Positions 12,480 to 26,835 of a stretch of 64,000 bases of DNA are shown one piece after another. The DNA lies in assembly GCF_018977255.1 (NCBI RefSeq), contig NW_024704743.1, positions 93,870,001-93,934,000 of the forward strand, written 5' to 3'. Source of the DNA: Callorhinchus milii (lineage: Eukaryota). The notes beneath the pieces are model-generated. The model ran no database searches. It was not told where the DNA came from and worked only from the letters and a program-made list of their open reading frames with translations. Position 1 is the first letter of the stretch. Each line of letters opens with the position of its first letter. The translations under genes were made by a program, and so were the position numbers.

Positions 12480-12936
12480 ATCGATTTAAGATTCCTTGAA
12501 GACTCAAGACTATTCTCCCTCTATTTAGTGCTGATGGAGTTAGCTCTCCCGTGAGATCACGATTGTATCTCAAATGCTCCTGGTTCTGTGCCACAGGTTT
12601 CAATCTCAACAAGGATCTGGTTCCACCCACCTCACAGACTACACCAGCACTGTGAGATGCAGCAATGATGATGGCTTGAACCAAATTGTTCTCATGTCAA
12701 ATGCTATTTAGCAGGCCACATATTCTAAAGTCTGTAAAATTGCCTGACCTTTGCAAACCAGATCTTTTAGCAGGGGCTGGTTAGGTTCAACATGGATTCT
12801 GCTGCTGCTCATCTCTGCTTTGTCAGATGTGTCTTTCCTGACTGATGCCCAAACAAGACCCTGCCATTCCTAGGCCTGCTGATGTCTTGAGATAAACACC
12901 GGGGTATCATAACTATATCACATTCATGTGCAATTG
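12480..12936 (-). pseudogene. Pseudo-exon encoding one extracellular repeat module
   Basis: After acceptor gtcttacag|, reads GVYLKTSAGLGMAG/LVWASVRKDTSDKAEMSSSRIHVEPNQPLLKDLVCKGQA/NFTDFRICGLLNS. Two frameshifts restore the V.L....G..+.G..V.A ... G.A.F.D+.I.G module pattern. Confidence 0.55.
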
Positions 12937-13324
12937 CTGTAAGACAGTGAATTGCTTAATTGCCCTGTGCAGGCACCTCCTGTATGCGACATCCTGCAGA
13001 GTGTAAACTCAAAACACAACATCACAAAAAACTATTTGGTAACCACTGTCTGCCTGATTTACTGTGGAGATAAAATTCACAAAGAAAACCAGGTTGTTTT
13101 TAAAAAGAACTGCTTTGTAATAAATATTCATTAAGATAAGCTCTCACAAAGCCAAGCTATATGTGTACACTTCATGATATTCCATAGGGCAAGTTTCCTT
13201 ACTCCACATGCCTCTGTTTACCTAGCAGTAAGTAGGAACCCGGTTGTTAGTCAATTGGTGGATCACTTTTCTGGGGGTAATAATTCCTTCAAAAAAATTA
13301 TAATAATAATGATGAATAAATTAA

Positions 13325-13919
13325 CGCTTTCATTACTTTGAGACTTGACTATGCAAACTCAATGCTTGTCGGCCTCCCCAACTCCTCCCTCCATAGGCTG
13401 CAGATCATCCAGAACTCTGCAGCTCACATCTTCTCCCTCACCAGGCACCATGACCCTATCACCCCCATCCTTGCCCAACTCCATTGGCTTCCCATCACAC
13501 AGAGGATACAGTTGAAGATCCTAGTCCTCACCTTCAAAGCCCTCCATGGTCTTGCTCCCCCCTACCTCTGCAAGCTCCTAGCCCCCTACCAACTTGCTCG
13601 CTCCCTCCGCTCGGCTGGCTCCAGCCTGCTTCACATCCCCGCCTCACTCGCCCCACTATTGATGGGTGGGCCTTCTGCCACTCTGCACCCATCTTCTGGA
13701 ACTCAATCCCGCAGTCTCTCCGCCCCGTTCCCTCCCTTGCCTCCTTCAAGACCAATCTCAAGACCCTCCTGTTCGACTGTTTCTCCCTGCTTCCCCCCCT
13801 GCTCTCCACGCTCCCTGACCCTGACCCCCAGCTCGGGTCCAAAAGTCTGTCTGTCCAGTGCCTTGGGACATCCTTCTGACGTCAAAGGCAGTATACAAGT
13901 GTAATTTTGTTGTTGTTGC
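13325..13919 (+). mobile_element. L2-clade LINE 3' fragment inserted inside a SINE (halves at about 13187-13320 and 13925-14088)
   Basis: RLDYANSMLVGLP...LHWLPITQRIQLKIL. The two flanks join into one continuous SINE. Confidence 0.9.
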
Positions 13920-16900
13920 TGTAAATTGGTCACTTCAATCCACGACTGTTTGTGGGACACTGCTGTGCACAATTGGCTGCCACGTTTCGCCCACAAAATA
14001 TATAAACAATTCACTTTCCAGTATATTCTGTGACGTGCTTTGGGACGACTGGAAGAAATGGAAAATGCTATATCAAGGATTATATTATACTGACTGGGCT
14101 ATGATCAGATGAGGAATTTGACCAGTGGAAAGTTTGTGTTTGTGCATTGGGAATGCAGCAACAGATGTGCTCAATCCCCAGAGGAAGCAGGTGGTTTGGG
14201 ACGACTGGAAGATGTGGAAAGCGCTATATCAAATACAAGGATTATTATTATTATCTTCAGGTCGCGCCTGAAGACCTTGCTCTGCTATCGCGCTTATGGT
14301 CACCTAACTTCCCCTTGGCTCGGCATCGTGCTCCGCCATTGTCAAGCATCTGGGATGCTAGCCTGGATGAAGTGGACTATATAAATGCAAATTGTTGTTA
14401 CTTTTTTTAGAAAATGGTGCTGGATCTCAGGCAAAGAATGGACAAGTTTTCTCTTTACTCCAACTTCCCTAACCTTTCTTGCCTTTCACTCTTTTATCAA
14501 TAATTCAATGGTCATTGCTCTTCTGAACTTTCCTCTCTTGTTCCTCCTAAGCTCCAAAAAATCTGCCTAAACCTACATGTTTCTGTTCTTCTCTGCATCT
14601 TCTCTCTATTGAAATGGAAACTCTCAACTCTAACCCATTCTTTACCAGAACTTCAAAACACAGCAGAATTCCTTCCCCCACCCCCACCCAATAATCCACA
14701 GACCTTTAAAACCCAAATTTGGCATTACCTAAGCATTTTGGGGGGAAAATTTCATTAAGCATTGCATGTAGTGCCTTCAGTGATGTGCAATTGTTAGGGG
14801 AATCCCAACAGTATCCAATGTCATGCAAATTACTCCCATTCTTGACTTATTTGGTTTCTCTGCTACTATTTTGTTACATCTTTAAATGTACCTCTTTGAC
14901 CGCGCTTTCGGTCACCTTTCCCTTCCCCTTGGCTCTCGGCCCTAGGTCGGTTGCCCATTCAACATTGTTAATCTCTTTGAGACATTCACCCAACGTGAAA
15001 GGTTCTATATGAATATAAATTGGATTGCATTGCATTTTCAAGCTTAGAGATGTTCTGCACACTGAGACTTGGCCCTACACCTAGAATCAATTTAAAAATG
15101 CGCCGCAGGTTACAAGACCCTGTGTCGTGTTAGTTTCACTGGGAGCTCTAACAGTGAAAAAGGAACATGTACAGATAATCCTACAGTGATAGTTTTTCTT
15201 TCTGTAAAGATTTGAAATAGCCTTCAGCAAAATGTAAGTGCAAAGTTTAAAAATCTGCACTATATTTTCCTTGGGAATTAATAAAAAACAGAATCTGAAA
15301 ATTGTACTAATGGGAAGATTGCATCACAAGCCACATCGCAGCTGCATTCAGGGGAGGATAGCACTGTAGTTACAGCACCAACTCCAGTATCTGCAACTGT
15401 TTATTTTTCTGATTTGATTCCTACAAAGGTCCAGACTGATATTGTCTGAAGTCTAACCTGTTTCCCAGTGTGGTAAAAACCTGGCTACTTCTGAATCCCA
15501 GACGCTCACTGCCTTACTAGTCTCATCAAACATAACTATGCTAATTCTGTAAAGCTGTTACCAAGAATGTTATCTTCACTCCAGTGAGTCACTGATGGTG
15601 GTTAAGGAGTCAACCCAGATAGCTGAGCAAATGAATACAGATGTCTAGCAAATGAATGCAGATGTCTAGCTTTCCATTTGAGGTCACCAAATCTATGCCA
15701 GTTATTGAATGAACATAAGACATTAAATTGCCTCTTCCTGCTCTATAGAAAAGGCAGCTTAAAATGAGTAGAAAACACAAGTAAACGGGGACAAATCAAT
15801 TTCCAAATACAGTGAAACAAACGGAAACAATTGGAACAATTTCAATGTGCAGCTTAAATTTCACTTGATCCTCCCAACACTTTAATAGTATGTCGTCTTC
15901 AGGGAACAGGGTGTCTCACCAGCCAGTAAGCAAGGAACAAGAAGAGAGTTTCTGAATGTACAACTCTGATTTTACCTGCCAGACTACACATGTTATTGGA
16001 GATGATGATAAATTAATGGTTTTTAAATGGCAACAACATTTTGATGATATCAGAGGAGACAGGAAAACCAAGAGGAAATTATCTTGAGCAATTTCTCTAA
16101 GAAAAAAATTATGGAGTTAATTTTGTGGTATTGCTTAACAGGATTTCTTAATTAAGAAGGGGATCTCCTTCAGATAATGCCACACAGTCCCCCAGGAAAC
16201 CCAATCTGGAACTTGTTCAGGTAGAATTTGAGATATTCACAACAGTTAACAGTGATTTCTGAAAGCTGGCAAAGCGTACAACATAACCCAGAGGGAGAAA
16301 GGCCAACCAATTTGCTCTCTGGCCTTTTTCCGCATTTTGACAGCTTTCAGAAATCGCAGGCATCCTTTTTCCTCATATCGCTAACTCTTTCTCAGTGAAG
16401 AGGCAGTGAAGGCAAGACACAAAGACGCAGAGCATTACTCTGTATTGTGAGCTAGAATTGGCTGCGTGGTTACTCAGAGTAAGTACAGAATGGTGAGTGG
16501 CTGTATGTGATCTGGGTAGGGAAAAACATGCCTGACCCAGCGTGCTGAGCTGCGTTGCACTGAACGCCCTGGTGAACAGCCATCTGTTTCTTATTCAACC
16601 TGATAAAATCCCAACTCTTTTTTTATACTCTGACTGCAGATTGCAATTTTCTCACAGTGTTTATGGAGCTCTTTGTAAATAACAAGACCCTCTGATCCCA
16701 TCACAAGTAGACCCTCGGGGTAAGGAAACAGTCACTTTGTTACAGCATTGTCTGAAAATACCCAAATTTACTGATCCAGAATGGCCTTCCATGAAAGTGC
16801 TTCTCTCTAGTCCCAAAGTGACAAAGCTGCACTTTATTCTCTGCTAAAACCCTGAATTAGGTTTAATATTTTGTATGGATTTGATGCTCACCAACGCAAA

Positions 16901-18830
16901 AAAGATTTTAGTTTGGGAAAATAGAACACTTTTCCAATTTGAGCACGTAAGGGTGAAAAATTCCAATGTTCTGTATAGTTGTACAATATACCAGGAAACG
17001 TTACCACCGTTGGTGTCAGGTAAAGGTCTTTCAGAGGTAGAGAAAATCCCCTTCTACACTATTCCAACACTAGAGATGCACTTTGGAGGTTGTGCTCACC
17101 GTGTGTAAAGTCATATGTAAAGAGGCAAATACAGGTGCTCTTCATTTTGTAAATGACTACCAATTTCAAAGATTACAGGAGATTCTGAACCCTTTTCAGC
17201 AGTTATAAAATGAGATCATTAAGGGCACCTGTAATTCCCTCTTTACTCATGTGTTTACACGTGGTTAACACAACTTGCAAATTTTGCCCTGTAATGTGCT
17301 TCAGAAGGGCAACATCAGTGTAATATTTGCCAGGTCTCACACCGGCCGAATTGAGCTTCTCTGAATTTTGTGATGTGAGACAATACCCTTGAGGAATTGA
17401 ATTGTGACTGTCCAACATGCTTCACGTTGGACCTTTACAGTCAAAAGAGAAGACACCATCATCCCAGTGTCTGGGCTGGATTCAAGGGCAGCTCCCAGAA
17501 TTGGCCAACAAATTAGGATTAACCATTAACAAAGCATTGTATTGAGATGCCAACTGCTCAGTTAGTGGGTTTGTGGCAAATCCCAACCTCAGCTAACTGA
17601 ATGTGAAAATTCAACCAAGACAGATGGTTGTGTCATCCTGGACAGAGAAAGGGCAAACCTAGCTCTTTTTAGCTCACATAATCATTTGACCACCACTGAT
17701 AGTTGCCATAAAGATGTTCAAAGCCAAATAAGTCCTATTCTCCTCAGAGGAAGATAAGGATTTTAATCCGTTTCCAACAAACATTTTCACATTCTATGAC
17801 TTGCCCCAAACAAGGGTTGTATAAAGCTTTTGTTTTTTTGTCTGATCAATGACTCATTTCAATAACTCATTGGTCTCAACCACTCTTTACTCTTTAGTTG
17901 TTGGAACATCAGTTTAGTTGTGTTTTTCAACTGCATTCACTCCACTTGCCTTCTGAAACTGCTGCCTCAAGCTGAAATACAGCTGGGAGATTGAGAAGAG
18001 GACACTCTCTGGTATCTCAGCAAAGTTATTATCATTTTACATGTGATCTAGACAATGGAGGTTGACTGTGGAGTTTAATTGTGGAGCCAAGCTCAATTCT
18101 ATCCTTATCTTATACCCACATATGCATTCTTTCCAGCAGGGGTATAATATTGTAATCAGCACTGGGACCCTATTGACCTATCATTGTTTTCTCCCTCTCA
18201 AGCCTGGGAGATCTCTAGTTAATTAATCCATTCACACCAGTGCATTGCTGAGATCAACTAACTTTTTTTCAATGTCAGGATAATGTTCACCTACAAAGTA
18301 CAAAGTCATTACACTTTACAGTAAATCCCGTGAAGCACTTTGAAATGTCCTCCCAACATGAAAGGCGCTGTATCAAATGCAAAGATTATTATAAAGTGGT
18401 GAACCAAGCATAAACGCAAACACAATGCAAGCAAAAAGGGGTGACGCTTGGGGAAAAAAAGTTAAACTCCATAGTTCACATCTATATCAATGTGGTATAA
18501 TTGATACAAAATATTATAAGCAATGTAAACCTGCAAAACTATTTCAGATTATATCAAGTAAGATTGAATAATGGGAAATAAAATAGTAAAAACCTTTTTG
18601 AAAGATATTTTGGGAGAAGACTCGAAAAACAATAACTATTCAAAAAAGTTTGCCATGTGAGGTAGTAGAGGTACTATATTAGGTCTCCTTAGATCTGAAC
18701 TGGCTCCATGGTGACATGCATGGCAACAGATTGTCAGAATCTAGCAAGCTCTCTGTGGTCTTGATAGTACAGCCAGCCTGGCTCAATGGCAGGACATGGA
18801 AGGCAGACCAGTCACAAGGGGCAGTGAGTC

Positions 18831-19999
18831 GACCTCGACCTCTCTGCTGCCTTCGACATCGTTATCCTTATCCACCGCCTCTCATCTCACCTCAATCTTC
18901 ACAGCTCTGTCCTTGACTGGCTCAGATCGTACCTCTCACACCGCCTCCACTTCACCTCCACAAATGGCTTCTCCTCTAGCCACCGCACCATCTCGTGCGG
19001 CATTCCTCAGGGCTCTTTCCTTGGGTCAACTTCCATATGTATGCAGATGACACACAACTCTACCTCTCTACCTCGATCCTTGACTCCAGGACAACTGCTG
19101 TCCTGACAGAATTTCTGTCAGACATCAAGTCCTGGATGAGAGCTAACGTTTTTCAGTTGAACATCAACAAGACCAAGGCTCTTCCGATTGGCTCCCATCA
19201 GCGCCTCCTCACCTTAGGTGCTGACAGCATCACAATCCATGGTTGTACACTCAACCTTACTAAGCCAGTCTGGAACCTTGGTGTCTTGCTTGAATCCTTT
19301 ACACCCCACATCTGCGCCATGATCCACTCTGCTTCCCTCACCTCCGCAACGTCGCCCGGCTCCACCACTGTCTCACACCGCAGGCCGCCGAAACCCTCAT
19401 ACATGCTTTCATTACATCGAAACTTGACTATGCAAACTCCCTGCTTGTCGGCCTTCCCAACTCATCTCTCCATAGGCTGCAGATCATCCAGAACTCTGCA
19501 GCCTGCGTCCTCTCCCACACTACGCTCCGAGACCCTATCACCCCCATCCTCGCCCAACTCCACTGGCTTCCCATCACACAGAGGATACAGTTCAAGATCT
19601 TGGTCCTCACCTTCAAAGTCCTCTATTGTCTTGCTCCCCCTTACCTTACGACCTCCTAACCCCCTAACATCCTGCCCACTCCCTCCACTCAGCAGGCTGC
19701 TTCACATCCCCCACCTCACTTGTCCCACTATTGGCAGGCGGGCCTTCTGCCCCTCTGCCCCCACCCTATGGAACTCCATCCCACAGTCCCTCCGCCTCAC
19801 TCCTCCCTTGCCTCCTTCAAGATCCATCTCAAGACCCTACTCTTCGACTGTGTTTTCGATCTTCCTGCTTGCCCCCGGCCCTCCACCCTCTCCGACCCCA
19901 ATCCCCAGCTCGGGTCCGAAACTCTGTGTGTTCAGCACCTTGGGATGTCCTCCCAATGTGAAAAGCGCTATACAAATGTAATTTTATTGTTGTTGTTGT
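18831..19999 (+). mobile_element. L2-clade LINE fragment including the RT YADD motif
   Basis: FHMYADDTQLYLS...DIKSWMRAN.FQLNINKT. Frameshifted, with a (GTT)n tail. Confidence 0.93.
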
Positions 20000-20343
20000 T
20001 AACCCTGCAAGCCAAAGCCTTAATGGGTAGGATGGTCCTAGCTGGACAAGTAGCGGGAAAGCTTGCCAGACCAATGGCAAGCTATACCATTTTAGCTGGT
20101 TAGACTCCAGCAGTACCCCAACGCACATTCTGGGGTCCCCAAGCCTTGGCTCTTCCCAACCTGCGCCAAATACTTTCCGGAATTAGGTAACCAGGAAACA
20201 GGACCAGGAAACCAGTGCTGATTCCATTCGAACAATCTATCTCTGGGATTTTCATGTGTAGATGGAAATCTTAACTTGGTTTGGATACTCTTAAGCATGG
20301 TAACGGGTTTTCGCATGTGTCAGACACCCGGCTGACCAAAAAT
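20000..20343 (+). mobile_element. 3'-terminal fragment of the same non-LTR family; its upstream part at 18768-18830 is separated by an L2 insertion
   Basis: Homologous to 49380-49712 (ggttagactccagcagtaccccaacgcaca...gtcagacacccggctgaccaaaaat). 18768-18830 matches 49290-49352. Confidence 0.8.
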
Positions 20344-21232
20344 ATGAGGCAGTATATGTGGGGGGTTTAAAAAATAAGTCAATCCAATTTGGGTAAATTA
20401 GGAGAGTAATCTCTGCCTGCATTAACAAAATGGAAAAGTATGTAATAGGTTGCCAGGAATGGTGAGATGAGACCAAGACACCAGATTCATTTAAAAAGCA
20501 GCTGGATTCCGTGATGAGAATGGGTGTACTGGAGGGATGAGTTCACCTGGGGCAAAGGGCCTTCTTCATCCAAAGCAATCTTGTGATCTTGTCATTCTTC
20601 TCCACGTAGCACGTTCATTGATGAGTGTGCATGTCTTCTCTGTTTGGTAAACGCTATGAAATTGATCCTTGCACTTACAACAATTCTAATGACATTTTGA
20701 AAGTATTTCAAACATAAACCTTTACTTATCATGATATTTTGTACTTTAAAATTGCAATAGAGTTTTTTCATAGACAGAGACAATTTTACCCAAATTACTA
20801 AGATTAGAATAATGCTGAGCCCATATCAGCATATTTGTTATCTGGTGTGATCGAAGAAGAAGAAGAATGCTCACCATGGTAATCTCACTGGATTACATTA
20901 TTCAGTCAGAGGTTATAGCTGCCTGTATTGTATTATTGTCACTGAAAATATCGTTTTAGTTAGTGTAGTCATTAACGAGGGGCAAAATATCTCTCAATTG
21001 TTTGTGTGAAAACCTGATCTAAACATTAGTGCAATCCACTGGAGTAACAATGAATACGCGAGAGTTTACTAGACATGCATACATGCTCTGCATTACCATA
21101 GTAAAAAATGCATTTGTTACAAAGTACATCAATCACTGAAAGTTTGAAATTAAACACGAAGGCAAACACTCGCTGAATTTGGGGGGATGGGGAGGAGGGG
21201 AGACCATCATTGAAAGAAGACAACTCAGCTTG

Positions 21233-21663
21233 GACCTCATAGAGGTGTATAAATTTTAAATGGGATTGAAAACCAAAACTCAGATCAATACTTTTGGATA
21301 TGTCAAGACAGTAGAATAAGAGGACACAGGTTTAGAGTTCATTTAAATCAAGGTCCATCTTGTTTGCCTTCCTGGTGGTTGCATGCACACATGTCGCGAA
21401 CTACCTATGCACTATATCCCATAATGTTATTTCCTATAAAGAGAAATTTCAGGACAAATACCAGGAAATTTTTCTTTACCCCGAGGGTAATTAGCAATTG
21501 GAACAGTTTGCCAGGAAAGTTGATAGAGGCCAGGTCAGTGGATTCATTTAAAAAGCAGCTTGATGCGGTGATGACGGGACAGTAGGGTGGGTATTCTGAC
21601 GGGTGAGATAAGATGGGTAGTAGGGACTTCTTCATCCAGATCAATCGTGTGATTGTGATCTTG
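21233..21663 (+). mobile_element. CR1-clade LINE 3' fragment (older); a related end lies at about 20440-20591
   Basis: FRTNTRKFFFTPRVISNWNSLP...SVDSFKKQLD, ending in ttgtgatcttgt. Confidence 0.8.
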
Positions 21664-22241
21664 TGTGACATTCAATGTAAAGTACTGCCTCACAAATAGA
21701 CGTTGTTAAAAAGGAAGCACAGTTAGCTATCCTGCTGTAATTTTGAGAATTTGCAGATTTTGTTCAATCCAGCAAGCCCCTGCAGTGCCAAATCTCAGAC
21801 AGTCAGCTTACTCCCCCCCCCCCCCCGGTGCTGATAGGCGATTGGGGGAGGCCATACTTTGATCAGTGTCACTCTGGTGGGAGGTGGACTATTCCTCCCT
21901 CATGTGAAGTTAATTAACCCCTTCCCCTCCACCAGTACTGAATCCCGAGTTGACCATTTGTACTACTGGACCCAGGGGTCCATGGTGGGCAGAGGTGGGG
22001 GTGGAGGATAGTTAGCTGTGGTAAATAAGGAGGTTATGATAAGGAGGTCAGATTCATATAGTGGTGTTGGATGAACATTAAGGAACATTAGCTTAATTTT
22101 TTTAGAGTAGCATGGATTTGTTTCTTCCAGAAAATAGAATAGGTTGGATGGAGCCCAAATGAGGAGTGTGTGAGCTGTGCAAGTAGTAGGTTGATGAGCC
22201 GAATGACCGTTTCTCATTCTGGGCACTCTTATAATTATCGT

Positions 22242-22623
22242 AATAGTAATAATAATAATAATAATCCTTGCATTTGACATAGCACTTTATCACATCTTTG
22301 AGGCGTTTCAAAGCGCTTCACAGAATATACTGTAACGTGAATTGACTGTATATTTTGTGGGTGAAACAAGGCAGCCAATTGTACACAGCAGTGTCCCACA
22401 AACAGTCGTGGATTGGGGTGATCAATTCANTTTTTTTAAGGAATTATTACCACCGGAAAAGCGATCCGCCAATCGACTAACAATCGGGTTCTTACAAACT
22501 GCTAGGTAAACAGAGACATGTGGAGTAAGGAAACTTGCCCAACATTTTGCCCTGCTGGGAATTAAACCCAGGTCTCTCGCTTGCAAGGCCAGTGCTCTAA
22601 CCACTGAGCTATAGGATTCCACG
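22242..22623 (-). mobile_element. Long-subfamily SINE, full length
   Basis: Head, long internal segment, Deu core and (TTA)n tail are all visible. Confidence 0.9.
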
Positions 22624-23010
22624 ATTATGTTCCTAATTCTGGAGCTCCAGCATAATTTAAAAGTTTGGTGCGAGTCAGCCAAGCAATCTGAATCCTCAAC
22701 CACTTTAATGTTCTGAGATCAGACATATTGAGGGGGAATAGGCTGCTCATGTGCCAGACTTTACATTATACGTTCCATCTCTACTGCTCACCATAAATGA
22801 AGATTATGGCAAACAAAAAGCAGGAAAAACTATCAGAGAGAAGCTCCCTACAGAGAGTACTTGTCAGCTATGTACTTACTGTAGTTCACAGACATTTTCA
22901 TCAGGTTTTACCACAGAACTGTAATGCCAATTACACTGTGGAATTATTGGAGATGTTATTGAATAGAAAATGTATCACATAGTTTATTAATTTGTTTATT
23001 CCTATGTGCT

Positions 23011-23040
23011 GTGACTCCCCCTAGTGGCAAGTTGTGCAAT
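23011..23040 (-). promoter_or_regulatory. Candidate CTCF site
   Basis: Minus strand attgcacaacttgCCACTAGGGGGAGtc is a near-consensus core with an upstream TGCA module. Confidence 0.45.
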
Positions 23041-24291
23041 GCTGTTTTAATTATACAAAGGTACACTTGATCTGATTTCAGTGACAAAAATAGGAATATA
23101 ATTTGAAAGGTGCCAGGTTTGATCGTTGATTATCCTGAGTTCGTTCATCTCACTGGTAGGACACTACAACTGACTTCCACTGCCATATTAAAGTCAATGG
23201 AAACAAATGTTAAATACTGCATATTGGAAGTAAAAATAGGAGAAAATTTAAAGAAAAAATAAACAATAAATAATCCTTGCATTTGATATAGCGCCTTATC
23301 ATGTCGTCGAGACGTCTCAAAGCACTTCATACAATATACTGTAAAGTGGAGTGATTGTGTATTTTGTGGGCAAAGAACTATAATATCAAAGAGATTCACA
23401 GTAATTACTGGTCCATGCAGTGGCTTCATCTGAACCTCGGGTAATAAATAACTCTGCTCTGAAGGGGAAATGAACCAGATTTCCTGCTTGGGCTCCTAAC
23501 AACAAACCTTCCTAAAAGGTCCTGCAGAAAACCAACCTCCAAATTAAGGCTGAATTTAAGAATGTTTGAAAATTGTGCTTGATCTTCAAATCAAAAATAC
23601 TGGCCATGAAGCTAAGGACTCAAAAATGGGCCCAACAGTAACCTCATATTTAAAGACTGACCAAGAGCTCTGTTTTCTGAAGGGGGACAAGGCCCTCAGC
23701 GGCTGACATTGCCCAGTACATCCAGAGCGATGACTAAAATCTTGCCTGCAGAGACTTCTCTCTGTGCAGATAGAGCCCTGATCCCACATTCTCAGATTGC
23801 AGCAGCCTTTCCAGCTTCTCTTCAAGTGAGAATGCCTTCAGTTATTTCTGTGTAATAATTCCACGAGCACNTTTTTTTCAGCTCAATGTCAGTCAGATGC
23901 TAGAGATGATATAAAGGTATCAGAGTACAATTTACCTTTATATAGCGCCTTTCGCACCAGGAGGACGTTCCAAAGTGCATTCACAGGATTGGATGTGCAC
24001 CCGAGCTAAGGGATGGGAGACGAAGAGGGTGGAGAAAGGAAAGATAAGCAAAAGTGCAGTCAAAGAAGTACATTTTGAGAGGGCCTTGAAAGAGGGGAGG
24101 GAAGCAGCGAGTCAGGATGGAATTCCAGAGAGTGAGAGCAAAATGGCTGAAAGCCTTCCTGCCAATGGTGGGGTGGATGCATTGAAGAGAAAAAGTTTGG
24201 GCTGTCATTGTTGGTTAGATGATGTATGGTTCCCAGAGACAGGAGACAGGAGAAAATGATAAAGGTTTTATTATGGCACTTCACAAATGAT

Positions 24292-24898
24292 AACAACAGC
24301 AACAACAAAGTTACACTTGTATAACGCCTTTCACCTCGGGAGAACATCCCGAGGCGCTGGACAATCAGTGTTTCGGACCTGAGCTGGGGTTGTGGAGGAT
24401 GGAGGGCAGGGGTGAAAGGAGGGTGATCGAAGGCACGGTCAAAGCGGAAGGTCTTGAGATGGGTCTTGAAGGAGGCAAGGGAGGGGGCGAGGCTGAGGGA
24501 CTGCAGAATGGAGTTCCAGAGGGTGGGGGCAGAGTGACTGAAGGCCCCGCGTGCCATTAGTGTGGCGGGCAAGGCAGGGGACATGAAGCAGACCGGAGCC
24601 TGCTGAGCGGAGCGGAGGGAGCGGGCAGGTTGGTGGTAAGTTAGAAGGTTGCAAAGGTAGGGGGGAGCAAGGCCATGGAGGGCTTTGAAGGTGAGGAGCA
24701 GGGTCTTGAACTGTATCCTCTGTGTGATGGGAAGCCGGGCGAGGATTGTGGTGATAGGGTCACGGAGCCTGGTGCGGGAGAGGACATGGGCTGCAGAGAT
24801 CTGGATGATCTGCAGCCTATGGAGGAGGAGTTGGGGAGGCTGACAAGCAGGGAGTTTGCATCGTCAAGCCTGGATGTTATGAATGCGTGTATGAGTGT
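24292..24898 (-). mobile_element. L2-clade LINE 3' fragment
   Basis: TLIHAFITSRLDDANSLL...RGAFSHSAPTLWNSI...SLASFKTHLKT. Confidence 0.9.
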
Positions 24899-26835
24899 TT
24901 TGATAAGAGATATTAGTTTGAGAAATGTAATATTCAGTGTTATAATTATTACTGGTGACATTATCTGACCATCAGAATCACTGTTTTCAAAAAATCTTAC
25001 ATGAATTACTTTGTATATTGAAGATTATTCATGATTGGAGAACTTTTTCAATGTTGAGGAGTGACTGTAATCATTCTAACTGATATCTAGAACTTGCTGT
25101 TACCAAATGTTAAGCATGGTTCAGCTGAGCATCAGTTGGCTCAGTTGGTAATACTCTTGCCTGTATGTTGCAGTTTCAACCCCATGTTGGGATTTCAATG
25201 CCTAGGTCCTTTTGTTTATTTGTTTTCAGTTGTACAAGTAGAATATGTCTGATAGGGAGCACTTCAATTCGACTCTAGGTGATGAAGGTCCTGAAACAGT
25301 TACACTGACAAACAGAACGCAAGAAAATTTAATTGCACCTACTGCCAAATGCTACCCAAAGCTCCAAGAGCTGTCACAAAGTTTCACTGCCAAGTTGTAC
25401 ATTAATCCATCTTCAGGTTTATAAATTGTATTCTTGAGAGCAAGCAGTGGGAAAGAATGCAGTTTTCTTCAGTTTTGACTTCTGAAAATGTTTCACAACC
25501 ACAAAAGATAGAGCAAGGACTATGAAACTTGCAGGACAGAGTTCCAGAGAGCAGGAGCAGAATGGCTGAAAGCCTAGTGAGGGGACATGATGCAGACTGG
25601 TGTTAGCTGAGTGGAGGGAGTGATAGGGTTACAGGAGATCTCAGAGGTAGAGGCTCTGGAAGGAATATTACATGTTCCAAACTGATGTATTTTCACTCTG
25701 ACTTGAAACCCGCTGTGACTTCGTAAACCACAAGTTTGTAGTTTGGAATGCAAGGCATCCTTTTGTTTTGAAAAGCAGCAACTAGGAAATGTATTGTTTA
25801 TGTAAAACCATTCTGCTCACACAAAAAGTGATAAATAAATGACAAAATAAAGTCAACAGACTTTTTGTGCAGTCGGCTGGTTCCCTACATTCCAGATTGA
25901 CACAGTGCTTCAGTTATCGTCTGTCCATCTTGTACTTATTCTGCAACAAGCTTTGGGTTCAGCAATGTTTCGATTGACATCTCTCAACAAATCAGAAATC
26001 ATGGTACCAAATAATAGTCTGTATTCAAGAATCGGAAACCACACATTCACCTTACACCTTGCAAACATTTGTATCCATTCAAACAAAGTTTTTTTTAAAA
26101 CTTTTCTTTTGACCATGCTGGAAACTCCTGCCACATCCATTCATCCAGATTTAATATTTACAAATCTTTTCTTCAAATCCTGTTGTGAGAATCATATTTT
26201 CACCCACAATTGAGATTAAAAATTCTCCTCCTAAGTGGTAGCATTAATGGTCACTCGTCAATAGAAATACAGTAAAATACAATTTACATTCATATATATT
26301 GTAGGCTCAATCTCCTGGAAGGCCAGGTTTAACAAGTTAGCTTGACATATATGGGAGGAGAAGGATGTGCAGAAAATCCAGTTGAGGTCACAAGATGCTT
26401 TTCCAGCAGCAAGGCTCCAGTAACTTTATTGCATTCCAGAGAAGTGTTTTTTCAATCTAGTATGTGTTTTGCACTTCAGATGAGATATTAAACCAAGTCT
26501 GCCAATCAAAAAAGAGAAGGGAGTTTATCCCGGTGTACTGACCAACAATCCCCCAAATAATCATTCACTTTGTAGATCTTTTTGGAACATTGTTATACTC
26601 AAATTAGCCGCTGTATTTACATTCACTTTAACAGAAGCTTTGTGAAGCACTTTGAGACATTCCCAATATCATAGGTTGGCTCGGCATTGGGCTCCGCCAC
26701 TGTTAAGTGCTCCGAGACGCTGTTTGGCATGAAGGGCTCTATATAAATGCAAGTTGTTGCTTTTTGTTGTTTTATTATGCACTAAATGCAAGGATTATTA
26801 TCATTATTATGTCTCCTGAGCAATATTCCTCCCTC

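Noticed and set aside
15627..15670. 21-bp direct repeat gcaaatgaat(a/g)cagatgtcta
   Set aside because: It is a simple two-copy slippage duplication with no further structure.
18995..19981. 328-aa ORF and other Pro/Ser-rich ORFs (1795, 13338, 24060, 32397) as host genes
   Set aside because: All are in-frame or off-frame translations of L2 LINE fragments.
25277..25312. Minimal hammerhead ribozyme (gtgatga-aggtcct-gaaa-cagttacactg-ac)
   Set aside because: The core C3 and U16.1 positions are wrong and no stem I can be formed.
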